Shown here: positions 13,269 through 27,529 of the stretch, one piece after another
Layout of the letters: each line of letters starts with the position of its first letter
Numbering within the stretch: position 1 is the first letter of the stretch
Assembly: GCA_040437565.1 (NCBI GenBank)
Contig: JBDOQK010000030.1
Location: forward strand, 248,001-312,000
Length of the DNA: 64,000 bases
Reading direction: 5' to 3'
Source: Albugo candida
Lineage: Eukaryota
The notes under the pieces: model-generated
Seen by the model: only the letters and a program-made list of their open reading frames with translations
The model's database searches: none
Told to the model about the DNA's origin: nothing
Program-made: the position numbers and the translations under genes

Positions 13269-14096
13269 ATGACACCACATAATCCGCGTAGACACGAGAA
13301 TGGGAAGAAACGATATGATTCATTTCGAAGCACTATATTTGATGAATGTACGCATTCAGGCTTTCCAAAGGTAGATGCAAATAGCAATAAACAATGCAGC
13401 CCGTCCAATGACGCTTTATGGAATTCTACTGCACCTCTGATAAGCTCTCGTCAACCGAAAACAGCGATGGGCAGCGGCTCAGCGTTCCGAACGCAAAGCT
13501 TGGATCGAATGTATACGAACTTGAGTCCGACTATTGGCTATAATGTTTACAGTAGGTTTACTATTACGGATTTTTTAGACGCATGACGAAATGTTGTTTC
13601 CAGAATCATTGCGATTTTCAAGCTTGCAGAGCAAATCGAAGAGATTCCAGACTGTGCGTGCGAATCTACTGCTGTAGCTACGATACCGTCTAATATTATT
13701 AAGTAGCCATCATCAGCAACAGCGCTTATAGGACCAGGATATTACAATTATGATCCACCGACAAAACCGATGAGAACGAGATTACCGGTACATTATCGTG
13801 CCCGAATATTTGTAAGGCACAGTAAGATACAAGTCTAAATGTAGGACGAAAGTCGTTGTAAGGAACGCTTTGAGAGACATATGCCATTGGAAGCAGACAA
13901 TCGTAATTTAACTGACGGAGAGGGGTGGAGATCAACAAAAGCGGCTACAAAAGAGTACTCATTTCAGAAGGCTGCCAGGAAAACATGGATTGAAGATAAC
14001 CCGCGAACTCAAGACAATTTGATAAAATCGCCTACAAATAAAATGCCCTGCTTCTTACGCGGACGAAATCCCACTTCCAAGATTACCCAGAGCTAA
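13269..14096 (+). CDS. Hypothetical multi-exon protein with PG-rich (SHIPPO/STPG-like) motif
   Basis: Probable 4 exons joined by GT-AG introns giving ...SPTIGYNV...SKSKRFQT|PSSATALIGPGYYNYD...; start and junctions approximate. Confidence 0.45.
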
Positions 14097-14113
14097 CACA
14101 AATTCGAGGCTAT

Positions 14114-14648
14114 CTACGAGGCTCGAACCAATGATTTGGCTCGTTTAATCGGATGTCGATTCGGCACCTAACGTTGATACAGAAGTGAGATCAACTTTAT
14201 AACCGTTATGACATTGTACACGTACCCAAATGTCATCGTTGTTAGGATCCTTGGTCCAACTCAGATTGCTGACGTTATACGCCTCTTTGAATAACATTGT
14301 AAACTCACCTACACGCTCTAACTTTCCGCTTGCGCTCCATAAGTAAATACGAGATTTCTTCATCACAACTTGAACTTGATAAAACTGAATAATGTCTCCC
14401 ACACGAATATGCTGCGCAAAGTACTGGGGAATCACCAAACTGATGCATCCTGTTTCATCGCCGATCAAAAGTGTCGCATTGTTTGACGAGGATTGTGACC
14501 CAGATGCTGCTACGGCTTCGCCTGAGGCTTGCGGTTGTTCATCTTTTGCGTTAGACTCCATAACAATTGCCTTGAGGTTGATCTCTTTTTCTGCAACATG
14601 CGGTCCAATGTCCTTAATTCGAGTCAGCAAGATTTTTTTTCTCGACAT
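14114..14648 (-). CDS. NABP: SOSS complex subunit B (OB-fold ssDNA-binding protein)
   Basis: Exons 14648-14226, 14167-14114; IKDI...NLKAIV, GDETGCI, GDII, RVGEFTMLFKE. Confidence 0.85.
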
Positions 14649-14743
14649 ATTGATGACTGTATGTATTAATGCACTCTCCAAATACATTATCCGCATAATG
14701 TAATACCTCTACCATCGATCGAATCAAGAATTGTTGTAAAAAC

Positions 14744-15597
14744 ATGTTTTCACATGGAAAAATACNNNNNNNNNNNNNNNNNNNNNNNNNNNNNNNNNNN
14801 NNNNNNNNNNNNNNNNNNNNNNNNNNNNNNNNNNNNNNNNNNNNNNNNNNNNNNNNNNNNNNNNNAAACATGTTTTCACATGGAAAAATACTTCCTATAT
14901 TGACGGCGTTGGGCACCGCAGTAACCACGGCTGCGGTAATTTATCACTATAAACCTAATAGGAAGCTAATAAAGCTCACAAATGAGGAAGGTGACCCAGA
15001 AGACGATCAGTTAGCGCCAGTTAAGACCGAAACGCCCGCTGCTTCTAGTGTCATTGCCACGATCGCGTCTGAGTCCTTGGTATCAGAAGAAAAAATATCA
15101 CATCCCGCGGAAGAAAGCTCTGGCTCTGGCTACGAATGCAGCCCGAAATCCCGCATGTATCGGGCAATGCACGCAACTATGATGCATTTACAGGACGCCT
15201 CTATGGTACAACCTGTATATTGCTGCCTTCTTTCACAGCTAATGAAATCTGTTTATGTCAGCTTTTGATGGTTTTTGGCTTAGGACTGCTATTGATTGTG
15301 TTGTTAGTGTCCCTCGCGATTGTTGGCATGAATGACAAGATCAAATCGCCTGGAGAATTAGCGTTGTTTACTCCATTGATCTCGGTTTCTATGGGAATGT
15401 TTGTTGCCGGAATATTGAATGTTGTTTTCCATTCAAAAAAACGACCAATTCCGATGGCTGCAGGACTCAAACGCAGTGAGTCAGCGTATCAGGCAACTAT
15501 TGACGAAACAAGTATTCAAACTCGTAAGGAAAAGGATGTACTTGGTGTGGAAAAGAGGATGAAAGGTCCATCAAAATGCCCTTTTGGTTACGGTTAA
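14744..15597 (+). CDS. Hypothetical multi-pass membrane protein with C-terminal CPFG motif
   Basis: ATG duplicated across gap (14744/14870); N-terminal hydrophobic anchor, two further TM segments after a short intron near 15210-15240, ends KCPFGYG. Confidence 0.6.
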
Positions 15598-15971
15598 GTT
15601 TGTTTGCAAAATTGTATCATATAATCAAGCACGTATGAATTTTTCGTGCTGTAATATTTCATTGAGCGTCAATCAGAGATTAGAAACGTCACTACAGCAC
15701 GATTTTGAGAAATAACGTAGGTTTGCTAATCTTAGACATATTGAGGGTTTAGCTCGCATCTCTTCCTCGGAGTGTCTATAATGATCAATCGCACCGAAAA
15801 TTACTGAGCGAGTCAGAAGCACTAAGTTCGGCTTATTTTTTGTGTTGATTACTAAGCTACTATGATGAGTATACTTCGTGTAGTATACTTGTGGTTCTGC
15901 AAACGACACAAGTAAACAATTAGCGTGACACCACACTAAAACAGCTCTTTACGCTTGCGAATCAATTGGCA

Positions 15972-17473
15972 ATGAAAAGCTCCTTTGCGCTTCCAAGTGG
16001 CAAACTGGCTTCCTGGGCTGACGAAGATGACGACGATAACATGATTCAGTTTCCGCTCACACCATCTAAAAGGAAAGCTCTTCGCATTTCGTATTGTTCG
16101 GGTTTTAAAACGTTATGATGCAGTGACCCCATCGAATCCGATATTCGGCAGGACGATTCTCGAGAAGAGAATAACGGTCGGTCGCGTACAAATGAAAACA
16201 AAAACAACGACACTCATTTTTTGTGTAGAAGAAGTCAAAGTTTATCCACAAACGCGGCGTGAATCCCGTACTTATCAGTCTACTGAAATACCGCGCGAAC
16301 CACCTTACAAGGTAGAAGAAGCGCGAATATGTTAGTAAACTGAAACAAGTGGCTATCTAGATCCGTGTGGCCAACCTTCCTTCCGACGTACGAGAAGACG
16401 ATTTAGTCGATCTTTTCGGAACAAAAGCGAGATTCCATGTACCAATGCCAAGGAAAAATGGAAGTGGTCGAGGTCGAGTTGCATTTGTTGAATTTGAAAA
16501 CCGCGAGGACGCAGTGAAAGCACTTGATTTCAAGCATCACGTATACAGTACCATCATTCTTGGATCATTAAGTAAATGAGTGTGCGTAGGAAATGCGACG
16601 AAATTGTCTCGAAATAAGTGTAGCTGAAGAAAGGTACAACAGCGGAGGAAGAGGTCGTGGTCGTGGTCGTAGACAGCAGTCTGCTGGTCGTGTGAACACT
16701 TCTTCGTATCGTGGAGACCGAGACTCAGACCGGTTCGTATCTATTGGCTCGGATACGTACTTACCGATTAAAGCACTCTGTTTAGACGTGAGTTACTTCA
16801 AGACATCCCAAAAGGAAGACCAAAATTACATATTCTACCACGGTCGATCGAGAAAGATTCGACAGGAGAACGCACTACAGCTAACAAAAATATTTTTGGA
16901 GACGCCAAAGCGCGTGATGAAATTGCGTTCCAGGCTCGGCAGCAATCTCAGCAGCAATCTCAAGCAGCTGAATCAAGTACCTATAAAATCCAAAAGCGTT
17001 TGAACGCTAAAATTGACGAAACGCAGACCGAAACGGATTCAGAAATAGTAAGTAAATTAGACGATACTACGCTTGATGGCGCCCGACCGCAACGATCACA
17101 GTCTCGTAATAATGAGGGAAGAGGTCGTGGTGGCCGTGGACGAGGAAGTGGTCGGCAGAAAACTGAAGTTGGTGATCGTGATCGTGATCGTGATCGTGAT
17201 CGTGATCATGATAGGAGAGGTCGTGGTCGTGGTCGTGGACGGCATTCGTCTACGGAAAGTGGTCGTGTATATCGACCTCGAAGGGCCTCTGAAGCTTCAC
17301 AGTCGGAAGACGTAGTCCTGCCCACACCGACGGTCCCAGTGTTCGTATCGAAAAATAAGGAACAGAAGAAGTCACTGAAAGCGACTCACAGCAATAAAGG
17401 AAAGCAAAAGACTGGAATCAACGAGAAAAACATATTCAATCTGTTGGGCGCATCCGATTCGGATGCCGTTTAG
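15972..17473 (+). CDS. EIF4B: Translation initiation factor 4B/4H-like RRM protein
   Basis: Multi-exon; SWADE motif, PREPPYK|..VANLPSD RRM with AFVEF RNP1, RPKLHILPR and NIFGDAKARDE motifs, RGG and DR repeats. Confidence 0.82.
17174..17203 (+). repeat. (GATCGT)5 coding microsatellite (DR repeat)
   Basis: Five perfect hexamers inside the last eIF4B exon. Confidence 0.9.
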
Positions 17474-17536
17474 ATACTTAATTGATGTGGCCACATTAAA
17501 TTACATTAAGGATTTGCACTAGAATTTTTGTTAGAT

Positions 17537-18454
17537 ATGTCGCGGCGGTATGATGGACGAACGACCACATTTTCTCCCGAAGGTTTGTGTCACAACGAGA
17601 AGGCGCCTTTGTTTCGCGAAATATACTTTGTGTTTTTGTTTGCTCAGGTCGCTTGTTTCAAGTGGAATACGCGATAGAAGCCATCAATAACGCTGGATCT
17701 GCGGTCGGTATCTTGGCCAAGACCGGAATTATCATTGCGGGTACGGTGCATTCCATTATGTACCGTTTTTCCGGTACTCATCGGTATATTTAGCGGAGAA
17801 GAAAGTCGTATCGAAACTATTGGCACCCACAAAAAACAGCGGGAAAACACTGCGGTTGGACGATCACTTGATCTGCGCAGTTGCAGGTACCTCAAAATGT
17901 ATAATGAAGCGTACTTAATTTGGTTCGCGACAGGTTTGACTGCTGATGCTGATATTCTGATCAATTACGCTCGATTATCCGCGCAACGGTACGAGCTTAC
18001 ATATCAACAAAAGCAGCCATGCGAGCAATTGGTACAAAGTATCTGCACGTACAAACAAGCGTACACGCAATTTGGGGGACAGAGGCCATTCGGGGTGTCA
18101 TTTTTGTACGCAGGATGGGATCGTCACCATGGGCTTCAGCTCTATCATAGCGACCCAAGCGGGAATTATGGAGGGTGGAAAGCTACTGCAATTGGAGCTA
18201 ATAATCGTGCAGCCAAATCACTTCTGAAAAATGAATACAAAGAAGGTTGCTCTATTGAAGAGGCGCTTTTATTGGCGATTAAAGTGATGGGGAAAACTAT
18301 GGATATCTCAGTCCCAAGTGTGGACAAGGTGGAATTAACCGTATTAAGTCAAGATGAGAGCGGAAAAATCACGCAACGTCGTCTTTCGAAAGAGGAAACG
18401 GAAAAACTGGTTAAAGATGCTGAATTAACGAACGCCCAAGCAGATGATATGTAA
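17537..18454 (+). CDS. PSMA4: 20S proteasome subunit alpha3
   Basis: Four exons; [48 protein letters not shown]. Confidence 0.97.
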
Positions 18455-20498
18455 ACATTATCATCAAGCATTAAGTGCGAATACAGTTTTTACATCTTTA
18501 TCAATGCGTGATTCTTGGTTACACGTATTTTATTGCTTCAAATAGTGGCTCAATAGCCAAGATGAGTGCCGTCGTAACGAACTTCTTTACTGATGAAATG
18601 AAGAACTGCTCTTAACAGACGGTAATGGCGCAATTACTCAGTCTAGAGCCAGACTGGGGGTACCATACTTCGAAGTTGCGGTCAGAAATGTGTGAGACGC
18701 AGAAAAAGCTTTTCGCCAAATAGGTACCGCTATAGACTTATAGCAGCACATATGTTCAATGGCCGAAACTGATCATAGTTCATACTAAACTTATATCAGA
18801 ATTGCTTAAAAGAAATTGCGATGACAGATTGATTCCAAGCATCAATGGGTACCAATCCTAACATTTACTTTTGTGCTTAAGTTCGACCCAAAAATCCGCT
18901 ACTCTACGCATTGCAAATGAGATGATATCGGCTCATATGTATATTTTTGTTATCGAAGGCGACAATCACAAAAGGTGTTTGTTCGGATTTCAACGATCAC
19001 ATGTAAGTAATATTGAACGAAGTAACGGTTGCGATAATCACGCGCTTGGTTTGAATCAATTCATCTATATCGCGAACATTACATTGAAAGTTTGTCACTC
19101 CGAAAGGCTACATGACCGAATGTCGGGGTTAGTAGTGGCTACTTTGCCTTTGCTCGAATCGCGCGCTGGTAGTAGCACTTTAGACCTCAAATAGTGCGAT
19201 CGATAGGCCAAGAGCCAACACTTGTTTGCATATCAGTTAACTGTAAATCTGGAATACGTGCATACAGACGTTTTGTGGCTTGTTATTTATATTTGTATGA
19301 TCAGACTTATACGCAAACTGGTACTGCCAGAATTAGTGGCCGCAAACGTAACCCCACCACCAACAAAAGTGAATTACCCGATATTCGAATGGATTGTCCG
19401 GCCTTTGCGAAGATACGGTGCGTGATTCATAGCCAAGTCATATGATTAGGTCAGGGATCATGATTACGTGACTTTCGTTCATGCTCCAGCACGCAATCGA
19501 GCGAAAGGACTGGTTATATTTCCACGTATGTGGTTATATAGTAGGTGAAGTATTCTCATCTTAAACAAGCTTATGTCCCTTCATGAAAAGATATCTACCT
19601 CTTGAGACTACAGTTATCACTGATTCAAGGTTCTTGTGCTCCAACGTTAGCGTGAATTCAATACACATATACGCAAAGAACTAGCAGATATGTCACGTAC
19701 ATTGGAATCAACTGATCACATAAGCAAAACAGGCAAAGTGACATCGGCCAGATCAAACCAAGCGTTTAGTATCATCTCGCAACAAGGCGCTTGAACTTTG
19801 TTTTAAGAGAAATTTTCACATTCGAATACTAGTAGATTTGTAAACTTATACTTGAGGTCAAATTCATTTCGATATTTTGCGTTAACAATAACGGTGCTAG
19901 CAAGATTGCGATTCACGTTCGATGACGTGTCTTTGAGGTATTCTGAATGGAGCAACACAATTATTTACCCGAAACCACGTGTGAGAGTGATCACAATGAT
20001 GTATATTAAAGTATACTTGCGGGCAACAATAGAGCTCCTCACATTAGTGTGCGACATATTACGTGAGGCTGCACGTTTTGTCAGCTCGACATCTGTCGAA
20101 GCCCTAAAACCATACATTACGAGGTGCCACGAAACACTTTCTCACTTTTCACCAATAAAATAGCACCATGATGGCTTTTATGTCCTGGATTGCCTTTCCA
20201 CAGTGCTGGAAGGTTGCAAATGCGCTGTCATAACACGAGCAATGTGCGGCATGATGACGAGGCTAGGGGAATTATGGATTATATACTCATCAGGTGTATA
20301 AGATGTATAGTAGCACCGAAGCCATTACGTGTATGTAACCTCACACAGTAATAAATTCGTGTAGCTTGAGCGAAAGTGCTGTTCCAACCACGTACTGACT
20401 TTGCTAAATTTGCATGTAGCAATCAAATTCTATTTTTCGATCAAACACTCTTATCAATTATATTACTTGGTACCACACATATTTGGGATTCGAATTCA

Positions 20499-21522
20499 AT
20501 GAAATCTTCTATCTTGATGAATCCACTGCGCGCTACAATAGAGCCATTCACGGCTGAATACCAACAAGAACGCACTTTATCTCCGTTTCCGTTCAACGCG
20601 ACAACTCCAAACTGTGTTAAATTACCGTCCCTTGATGGTATTCTAAGTCGATTACATCTGTCCAAGATCGCAAATGGACGTTCACGATGCAAAAGTGAAC
20701 ATCCATATGATCGTGAGATGAAGATGCCACCACTTCGGTCCATCATCGACCCTGCAGTCTCTTTTGGCATACCAAATACCCAGTCTTCCTGCACGTTTCG
20801 TGGACGTCCATCTTCGATACTTTCTTTATCGACCACTTCGTCACCCATCGAATCACAACACTCACCATATTTCGAAAAAAACGCATCTACTGAGTCNNNN
20901 NNNNNNNNNNNNNNNNNNNNNNNNNNNNNNNNNNNNNNNNNNNNNNNNNNNNNNNNNNNNNNNNNNNNNNNNNNNNNNNNNNNNNNNNNNNNNNNNACGT
21001 TCACGATGCAAAAGTGAACATCCATATGATCGTGAGATGAAGATGCCACCACTTCGGTCCATCATCGACCCTGCAGTCTCTTTTGGCATACCAAATACCC
21101 AGTCTTCCTGCACGTTTCGTGGACGTCCATCTTCGATACTTTCTTTATCGACCACTTCGTCACCCATCGAATCACAACACTCACCATATTTCGAAAAAAA
21201 CGCATCTACTGAGTCTCCACGACTATTTGCCAATATGCAACGAGCCATTTCTCCTTCAAAAGGCACACGGAGGCGGGCTTCCAAGTATTGTCGAATCGAC
21301 GGGTGTCCGCGAGTATCCCAACGAAACAATTTGTGCCACAGCCACGGCGGAAAGCGATTATGTAAAGAAGATGATTGTTGCTCCAAAGATCGTGGGAATG
21401 GGTATTGTATCAAGCATGGAGGAGGGAAACTCTGTACTATATTTAATTGCGATAAAAAAGCTCGAAGAAAAGGATTATGCACGCAACACTACCGCAAGAT
21501 GACGGAAGAATGCGAAGTATGA
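20499..21522 (+). CDS. Cys/His HGGG-repeat (WRKY19-like zinc repeat) protein
   Basis: Single ORF once the 219-bp gap duplication (20678-20896 = 20997-21215) is collapsed; three C-x4-C...C-x2-H(GG) units. Confidence 0.8.
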
Positions 21523-21744
21523 GTCAAACACTCTATCTATTGTAACCTAGTATAGCAAGTCAAATTTATCAAATATATGAGTCGATCTATCGCTCTTGTT
21601 TAATGCTATATCGTAATCATGAGCACTATAATCCTGAATTTAATGAGGCATGAGTGCCAGAATCTCAATACAAACTGTGTTGATCCGTGCATCTAGCCTA
21701 ACATTGTGTCGAGCACCCCAATCAGGGTTACCTATCAGAGCTAA

Positions 21745-23385
21745 ATGTCGATGCAAATAGAATCCGACAACTGGGGTTCACTAAGCTTTCTACAATCATT
21801 TGTGCAGAATGAAGGAAAAAATGCTGAGAGCGATAAGAAGCAATCTGATTCCTCAGTAGCTAAGCTCTTAGTATCTGATGAAAAGGGTTTCCAATTAAAA
21901 AAAGCGACTTTAGCGCAATTCGACCAAGTATTAAGCTCGGAATTCTTCGATTTGAGAAAGCGACCCCTTTGTAACCTCATATTACTGTAAGTCTTCAGAA
22001 CCTCGAGTACTTCACATTTTATTGACGTATTTTAACGCTGTACAGGTTCCACAAAGCTGCAAAAATCAAAGTGGAAACCTCAGGATCATCCAAATCAAGT
22101 GCAGTCCCAATCAGGACGGATGGTGCACATTCAGCCGCCATACCCAGCTTCAATCAAAATGATGTTTTGCTTCTCCTACAACAATTCACAGCCTTAAGTC
22201 GACACATTCCACTCGCGATCGCCCTTAAAGAAGCAAAATCACGTATGTCATCGGCCGGTGCATAATGTTATCTGAATGTCGTGTATAGTGTATAAACTAT
22301 GTGGCAATGTTGCTCAAATCGCGTCCGACGCAAAACTTTCAGCCCGAATTCTGTATCCGCTGAAGTCTCTTTTACAACGCTTCCACGACATCGGTTTCTG
22401 TGCGATCACGCCAATACATGGAGATTTCTTCTATCTGTGCATACAGTCCAAGCATTACGCTGCAGCTTTGGATATCGTCGATTTGTAAGTCATTGAATTA
22501 GCAGCCTTGAGCAAGTCTGATTTTTGTGCATGTAGGCCGCTGGTCGAAGTGGAAAAGGAGCATAATGGTATGACAGTTGTCAGCTTTCTCAAATACGGAT
22601 ATTATTCTGGAGTAATTTACCTGAGTCAAAAGCTCATGCGGGAAGCTATAAACGCATTCGTAATGACCATCTCAACTCCCGCCGCAGCGCTGAGCGCCTT
22701 TGTGGTGGAAGCGTACAAGAAACTGATTTTGATCTCGTTGATTGTCCACGGGAGGATACATAATTTACCTCAGTATGTCGCATACGTTGTTTCTCGTCAC
22801 GTTGACAGTCACTGTACGGCGTATATGGAATTCGCACACGCTTTCGAACAAGGAAATTATCGTGATTTGGCTCGACTCGCCCAAGATTATCGAGATAAGG
22901 GTTTTATTAAAGATGGCAATTTCGGGCTCGTGAAACAATGTCTCGTAGCCTTCAAGCAACAATCTCTGATAAATGTTCATCGAATGTACAATTGCATTCC
23001 TCTATCAGACATTCCAGCTATCATCGGACAAAACGTGGAGGACTGGAACGTGAGCAAAGCGGACATCGCGCATCTTTTACAAACGAATGGGAATGCAAAT
23101 CTATCAGCGAAAATCGATCAGGAAAAAAATCTTGTCGTATTTCGATCTGATAGCAATTTTTATATCAACAAGCAGCAACAGCACGAAATCATGGAGTGCC
23201 TAGACAATGGGATGCAGCGACTTTTGTGCATCTCCGAACATTTGAAGAAAGTTGATGCAGAAATAGTTCAGCATCCACGATTCATTGCGCATTTGCAGCA
23301 AGATCGAGAAAAGAGGCAGCCACGTGGACCTTCCTTAGTCGGCTTGGGGCTCGCTGACGATACACGCGATAGCATGGAGGACTAA
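21745..23385 (+). CDS. COPS3: COP9 signalosome subunit 3
   Basis: Four exons; TPIHGDFFYLCI, FLKYGYYSG, VEAYKKLILISLI, DGNFGLVKQC, PCI-like C-terminus. Confidence 0.9.
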
Positions 23386-23494
23386 GGTGGAACAATGACC
23401 TGCATAATATAATAACCCGTACCAATCAATCCTCCTATTTTCGCATAAAATGGAAGGTAGTCACTTTGTGGTCTCCGCGTAGCTTCACTTTCAA

Positions 23495-24531
23495 ATGCTT
23501 TCAAACGTGTATAATGCGCTTGCGATTGCAGGAGGAGCGCTCGTAACTTACGATGTCGCACGATTCCTATGGCTGCTATATGTTTTCTTTCTCCGTCCAT
23601 CTAAACAAGTAAAATCGTTTGGAAAATGGGCGGTAGTAACGGGAGCAACCGATGGAATCGGGAAAGCTTTGGCCATCGGATTGGCGAAACGAGGAATGAA
23701 TGTACTGCTTATAAGTCGAACAAAAGAGAGACTGGAAAACGTTCGTGATGCGATTCTAGCAGATTCTGCAGGAACACAGGTCAAAATTTTAACGGTAGAC
23801 TTCAACTCGATCGAGCAATTGGACGTACAAAAATCCATTCAAACTGCTCTATCAGAGATCGACGACGTCGGCGTCTTGATCAATAACGTCGGCGTATCAA
23901 ATGACTACCCAGAGGTACGTTCATTCTTCTCTTTTGAGCGCTTTTCTCATTGTAATGACTCAGTTCTTCGACCAAATCTCCATGGAGCATCACCTTCGTC
24001 TCCTTCACGTTAATGTCTCGGCGGCCACTATCATGACGAAATTGGTGCTCCCGGGCATGTCGACCCGAAAACGCGGTGTCATTTTGAACCTTAGTTCAGG
24101 TTCTGCAAGTCTGTGTGTGCCACTATTAAGTGTGTATGCGGCCACGAAAAGTTACGTGGAGCACTTGTCAGTGTGTCTCGCGAGTGAGTATGAAGACAAA
24201 AACGTGCACATACAATGTCACAATCCAATGTTTGTATCGACAAAACTGGCTGGTATGCGAAATTCCACGTTTTTTGTTCCGTCTCCAAAGACGTACGCCG
24301 AAGCAGCGCTTGCTAATTTGGGTTATGAAACGGTGTTCTCGCCGTATTGGCCTCACGCGTTGCAATTGTGGGTGTTCAAATGTTTACCGGTCCGTTTATG
24401 GTCCAAGGTACGAAAACACACTTATTCGCAGCAAGTGTCCCTAATTCCTGATTTATTTATAGATGTCGAAAGCCGCACTGCTCTCTACTCGCAAACGCGC
24501 CATGCGAAAACTGGAGAAGAAAGCAAACTGA
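23495..24531 (+). CDS. HSD17B12: Very-long-chain 3-oxoacyl-CoA reductase (SDR, KAR/17betaHSD12)
   Basis: Exons 23495-23914, 23963-24407, 24463-24531; WAVVTGATDGIGK, NNVG, YAATK, PYWPH. Confidence 0.93.
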
Positions 24532-25318
24532 GAGACAAGTGACTTTTTGGAACGTAATGTAAATTCTCGCAGTTGGTTTTTATTTTCAAATACACGTCTT
24601 CTACTGTGACTCACACACTGAAGTGCACGCCAGTTCGCATAGGTGACTGGTGTAGGGTATGTAAAAAGGGCAAGTGACATTCTCTTCGGTTCCCCCGACG
24701 GTCAACGTGGTATACGTCAGTACTTGCGTCACCAATGATTATACTCGGAGACATGTAAAGCGAGCACTGTTGTAATTGGGAACTGGGTTGAGAGCAGATA
24801 CCGCGAGTCTATTATATTTCAAAGGCAATTACGAAATTTTCGTCCTCATAACCCTTTCTATCAAGTCTAATGTTCTGCTACAGATCTTGTCAACATTAAT
24901 AAATTCAGGAACAATTGTGAGAGGTATCAATCATTTACAGGGTCCGCCAACGAATAAGTAGCAGTAGTCGGTCAAAGCGAGGTTAAAATTTGAATACAGA
25001 ACAAAAATGAATTCTGTCCGCAAGACCGTCTCTGACATATCATGTTTCACAGGTACTGGGACGAGAGTCGCGTTAAAGGAGACGCATATGCTTGATCCAA
25101 AAACCCTTTCGTATATACTCGTACACCTAATTGTCGTCGCTACTGGCTATTTCGTATTCGTGATAGCGAATGGAAATTCGAATTCGAAACTCGCGACGAA
25201 AAGGCTGAGAACACCAATACTATTGTTATACATTATATTTCATTCACACCACAAATTTTCCACCAGCGTTCGTACCAGAAAGACTCAAACAGCGTTTCGT
25301 CGTTGAGTGATCAGCATA

Positions 25319-27471
25319 ATGGGCGTTGACGGTCAATCAAGCAGTCGTCGGCCGCCGTCACTGGCGCCACTGACTTTGACTGGTGAGAATAGCGAGAAAA
25401 ACATTCAGGATATTGATAGAGTAGAACAGCACTATGCTGGTGAGGACAAGGAATGTGAAGGACACGCAGAGTCTGGTCTGAGGCACCGGCGGAGAACGTC
25501 ACTACCCTCTGCATTCACCTTCGGAACACAGTCACAAACTCAGGAGCACACTGACGTAAAAGGCGAAGTGCATCCAAAGAGTAACAAATCGGATCAACGT
25601 CGGCCACGAAGCTTTGACTGTGTGGTATCAACCGATTCATCCGCAGACTCCAGCCAACGAGTATCCTGGAAGCGTTTTCTTCGTCCCAGGCGATCACGGC
25701 AAACTGAAGAAGTATCAGATCTGATGCGTCATCCACTTTCCACTACGCTGACTTCCACTTCGATGAAAAGCCTTGATTTGTTGGAGACACGAATTCGATA
25801 CGAGCAAAATCAAGTTTCACAGTGTGCGAATAAAATATGGNNNNNNNNNNNNNNNNNNNNNNNNNNNNNNNNNNNNNNNNNNNNNNNNNNNNNNNNNNNN
25901 NNNNNNNNNNNNNNNNNNNNNNNNNNNNNNNNNNNNNNNNTGCGAATAAAATATGGAAGGTGTCATTCAGTGGTCACTGGTTCAATTCCATGCAATGCGT
26001 ATTATCTTCTCGACGAAAAGAACTCATTCGTGTGAAGAACTTGAGGCTTGTGATCGAAGCTGCTCAAAAGAAACGCTCGTTAGACTTGCTCAATGACCTC
26101 AGACTCTGTGTATTGAGCCTAGAAGACGAAGATGAATTCGGCGCTGACGACAATGAGGAAGACCTTGAGCGGGATAGCGAGAACGACCTAGGAGTCCAAC
26201 GAAAACGCCTTGAAAGTGATTCAGGGGATAATTGTGCACTCGAAGCCGATAAGTTACGTATTTCCAATCGGTACAGCATAACGTCCATCTCCTCGACATC
26301 CAGCAGCAACAGCCAACAGATCTTCGAAGTTGAGGACACCGACACGATGTTGGCATATGATACCTTAGTATACGTCTTGAGATCCCAATCCCAATGGCTT
26401 CGACATTTGATCAAACTACGCAAAAAGAGAAAAACATCCATCAGCAAATTTGGCCTGAATAAGAAAGATCGGATCATCAATGGAGCAAACACTATATCGC
26501 ATCGTGAATCAAGCTCAGAGACCCGTTTGAAAGCTCGACATACTGTTGTTCAGAATTTTCTTGCAAGTTTCCGTGATGTCAATGGATCTATTTCCGTTCC
26601 GTACGCGAGTGATATTCCAACGATTGCATTGGTACAGTTTGAAAAGATTGTCGCAAAATATGAGCTTGTGAAACCCGCAATGAAAGAAGCTCTCGATACA
26701 CTGTACGACGATACATTAAAGTCATTTATTGGGACGGAAGAGACTTTACAGTGTCCAAGTAAATGTACCAAAAGTATGGAACAAAAAAGTCGATCCCAAT
26801 TATTCGACGAGCGTGATCCACGAGATGTCATGGCTTCGATCACACGCGAAATTGTCGACTCGATTTTGGAAATGGCTCAAATTCAAGCGTCCGAGTATCG
26901 ATACACACTTTACCTTTTCGTAGAGCAGATGATATTCAGTCGATTAGCATGTGCGTGTTATCGACCGATTTCTATGGAATTGGACGATTTAAACACAATT
27001 TGGAGGATGCAAGTAGCTAAAGTGCGAACACTCAGTTTGCAGGAAGCCGGTTTTCCCAGCAAAAATCTCGCAGCGTCCACATCCAATTTCTCGAAATCAC
27101 TCGAAGCGGTTAATCAAATGCCGTATTTGGTCCCATCAGCAATTCTATCGGCGTATATGAAAGCGATTCGGCTCGTACACGAAGAAGCAGCCGGTATGTT
27201 GAATGTGTCGAGGAGCTGTATTTCAGCCGATGTGCTATTACCAGCTTTGGTATACATATTAAGCCGATCCGATTTGCCGCACATTCACTCTCAAGTATAT
27301 CTGATGGAGCATTTCTCAGTCGAAACACTCGAATCGTGGCAAATGAATGATTGTCAAGATGCGGGATCCGAGACCGCGTATTATGTGGCATGCCTTCAAG
27401 CAGCGATCGGGTACATTATGAGCTATGATCCGGTAAAAAAGGATGAAAGTTGCATGAATGCTCAAGTTTAG
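25319..27471 (+). CDS. VPS9-domain Rab5 GEF
   Basis: One ORF after collapsing the 16-bp gap duplication (25825-25840 = 25941-25956); ISADVLLPALVYIL and ETAYYVACLQAAIGYI. Confidence 0.85.
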
Positions 27472-27529
27472 TCATCCTGGTTTTGGTCCATAAAAAGGAC
27501 GTGTACACTATATTTCTATCAAAAAGCGA

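Noticed and set aside
16073-16123. Non-canonical GA-AG first intron in eIF4B
   Set aside because: A canonical GT donor at 16091 gives the same phase with a 33-bp intron
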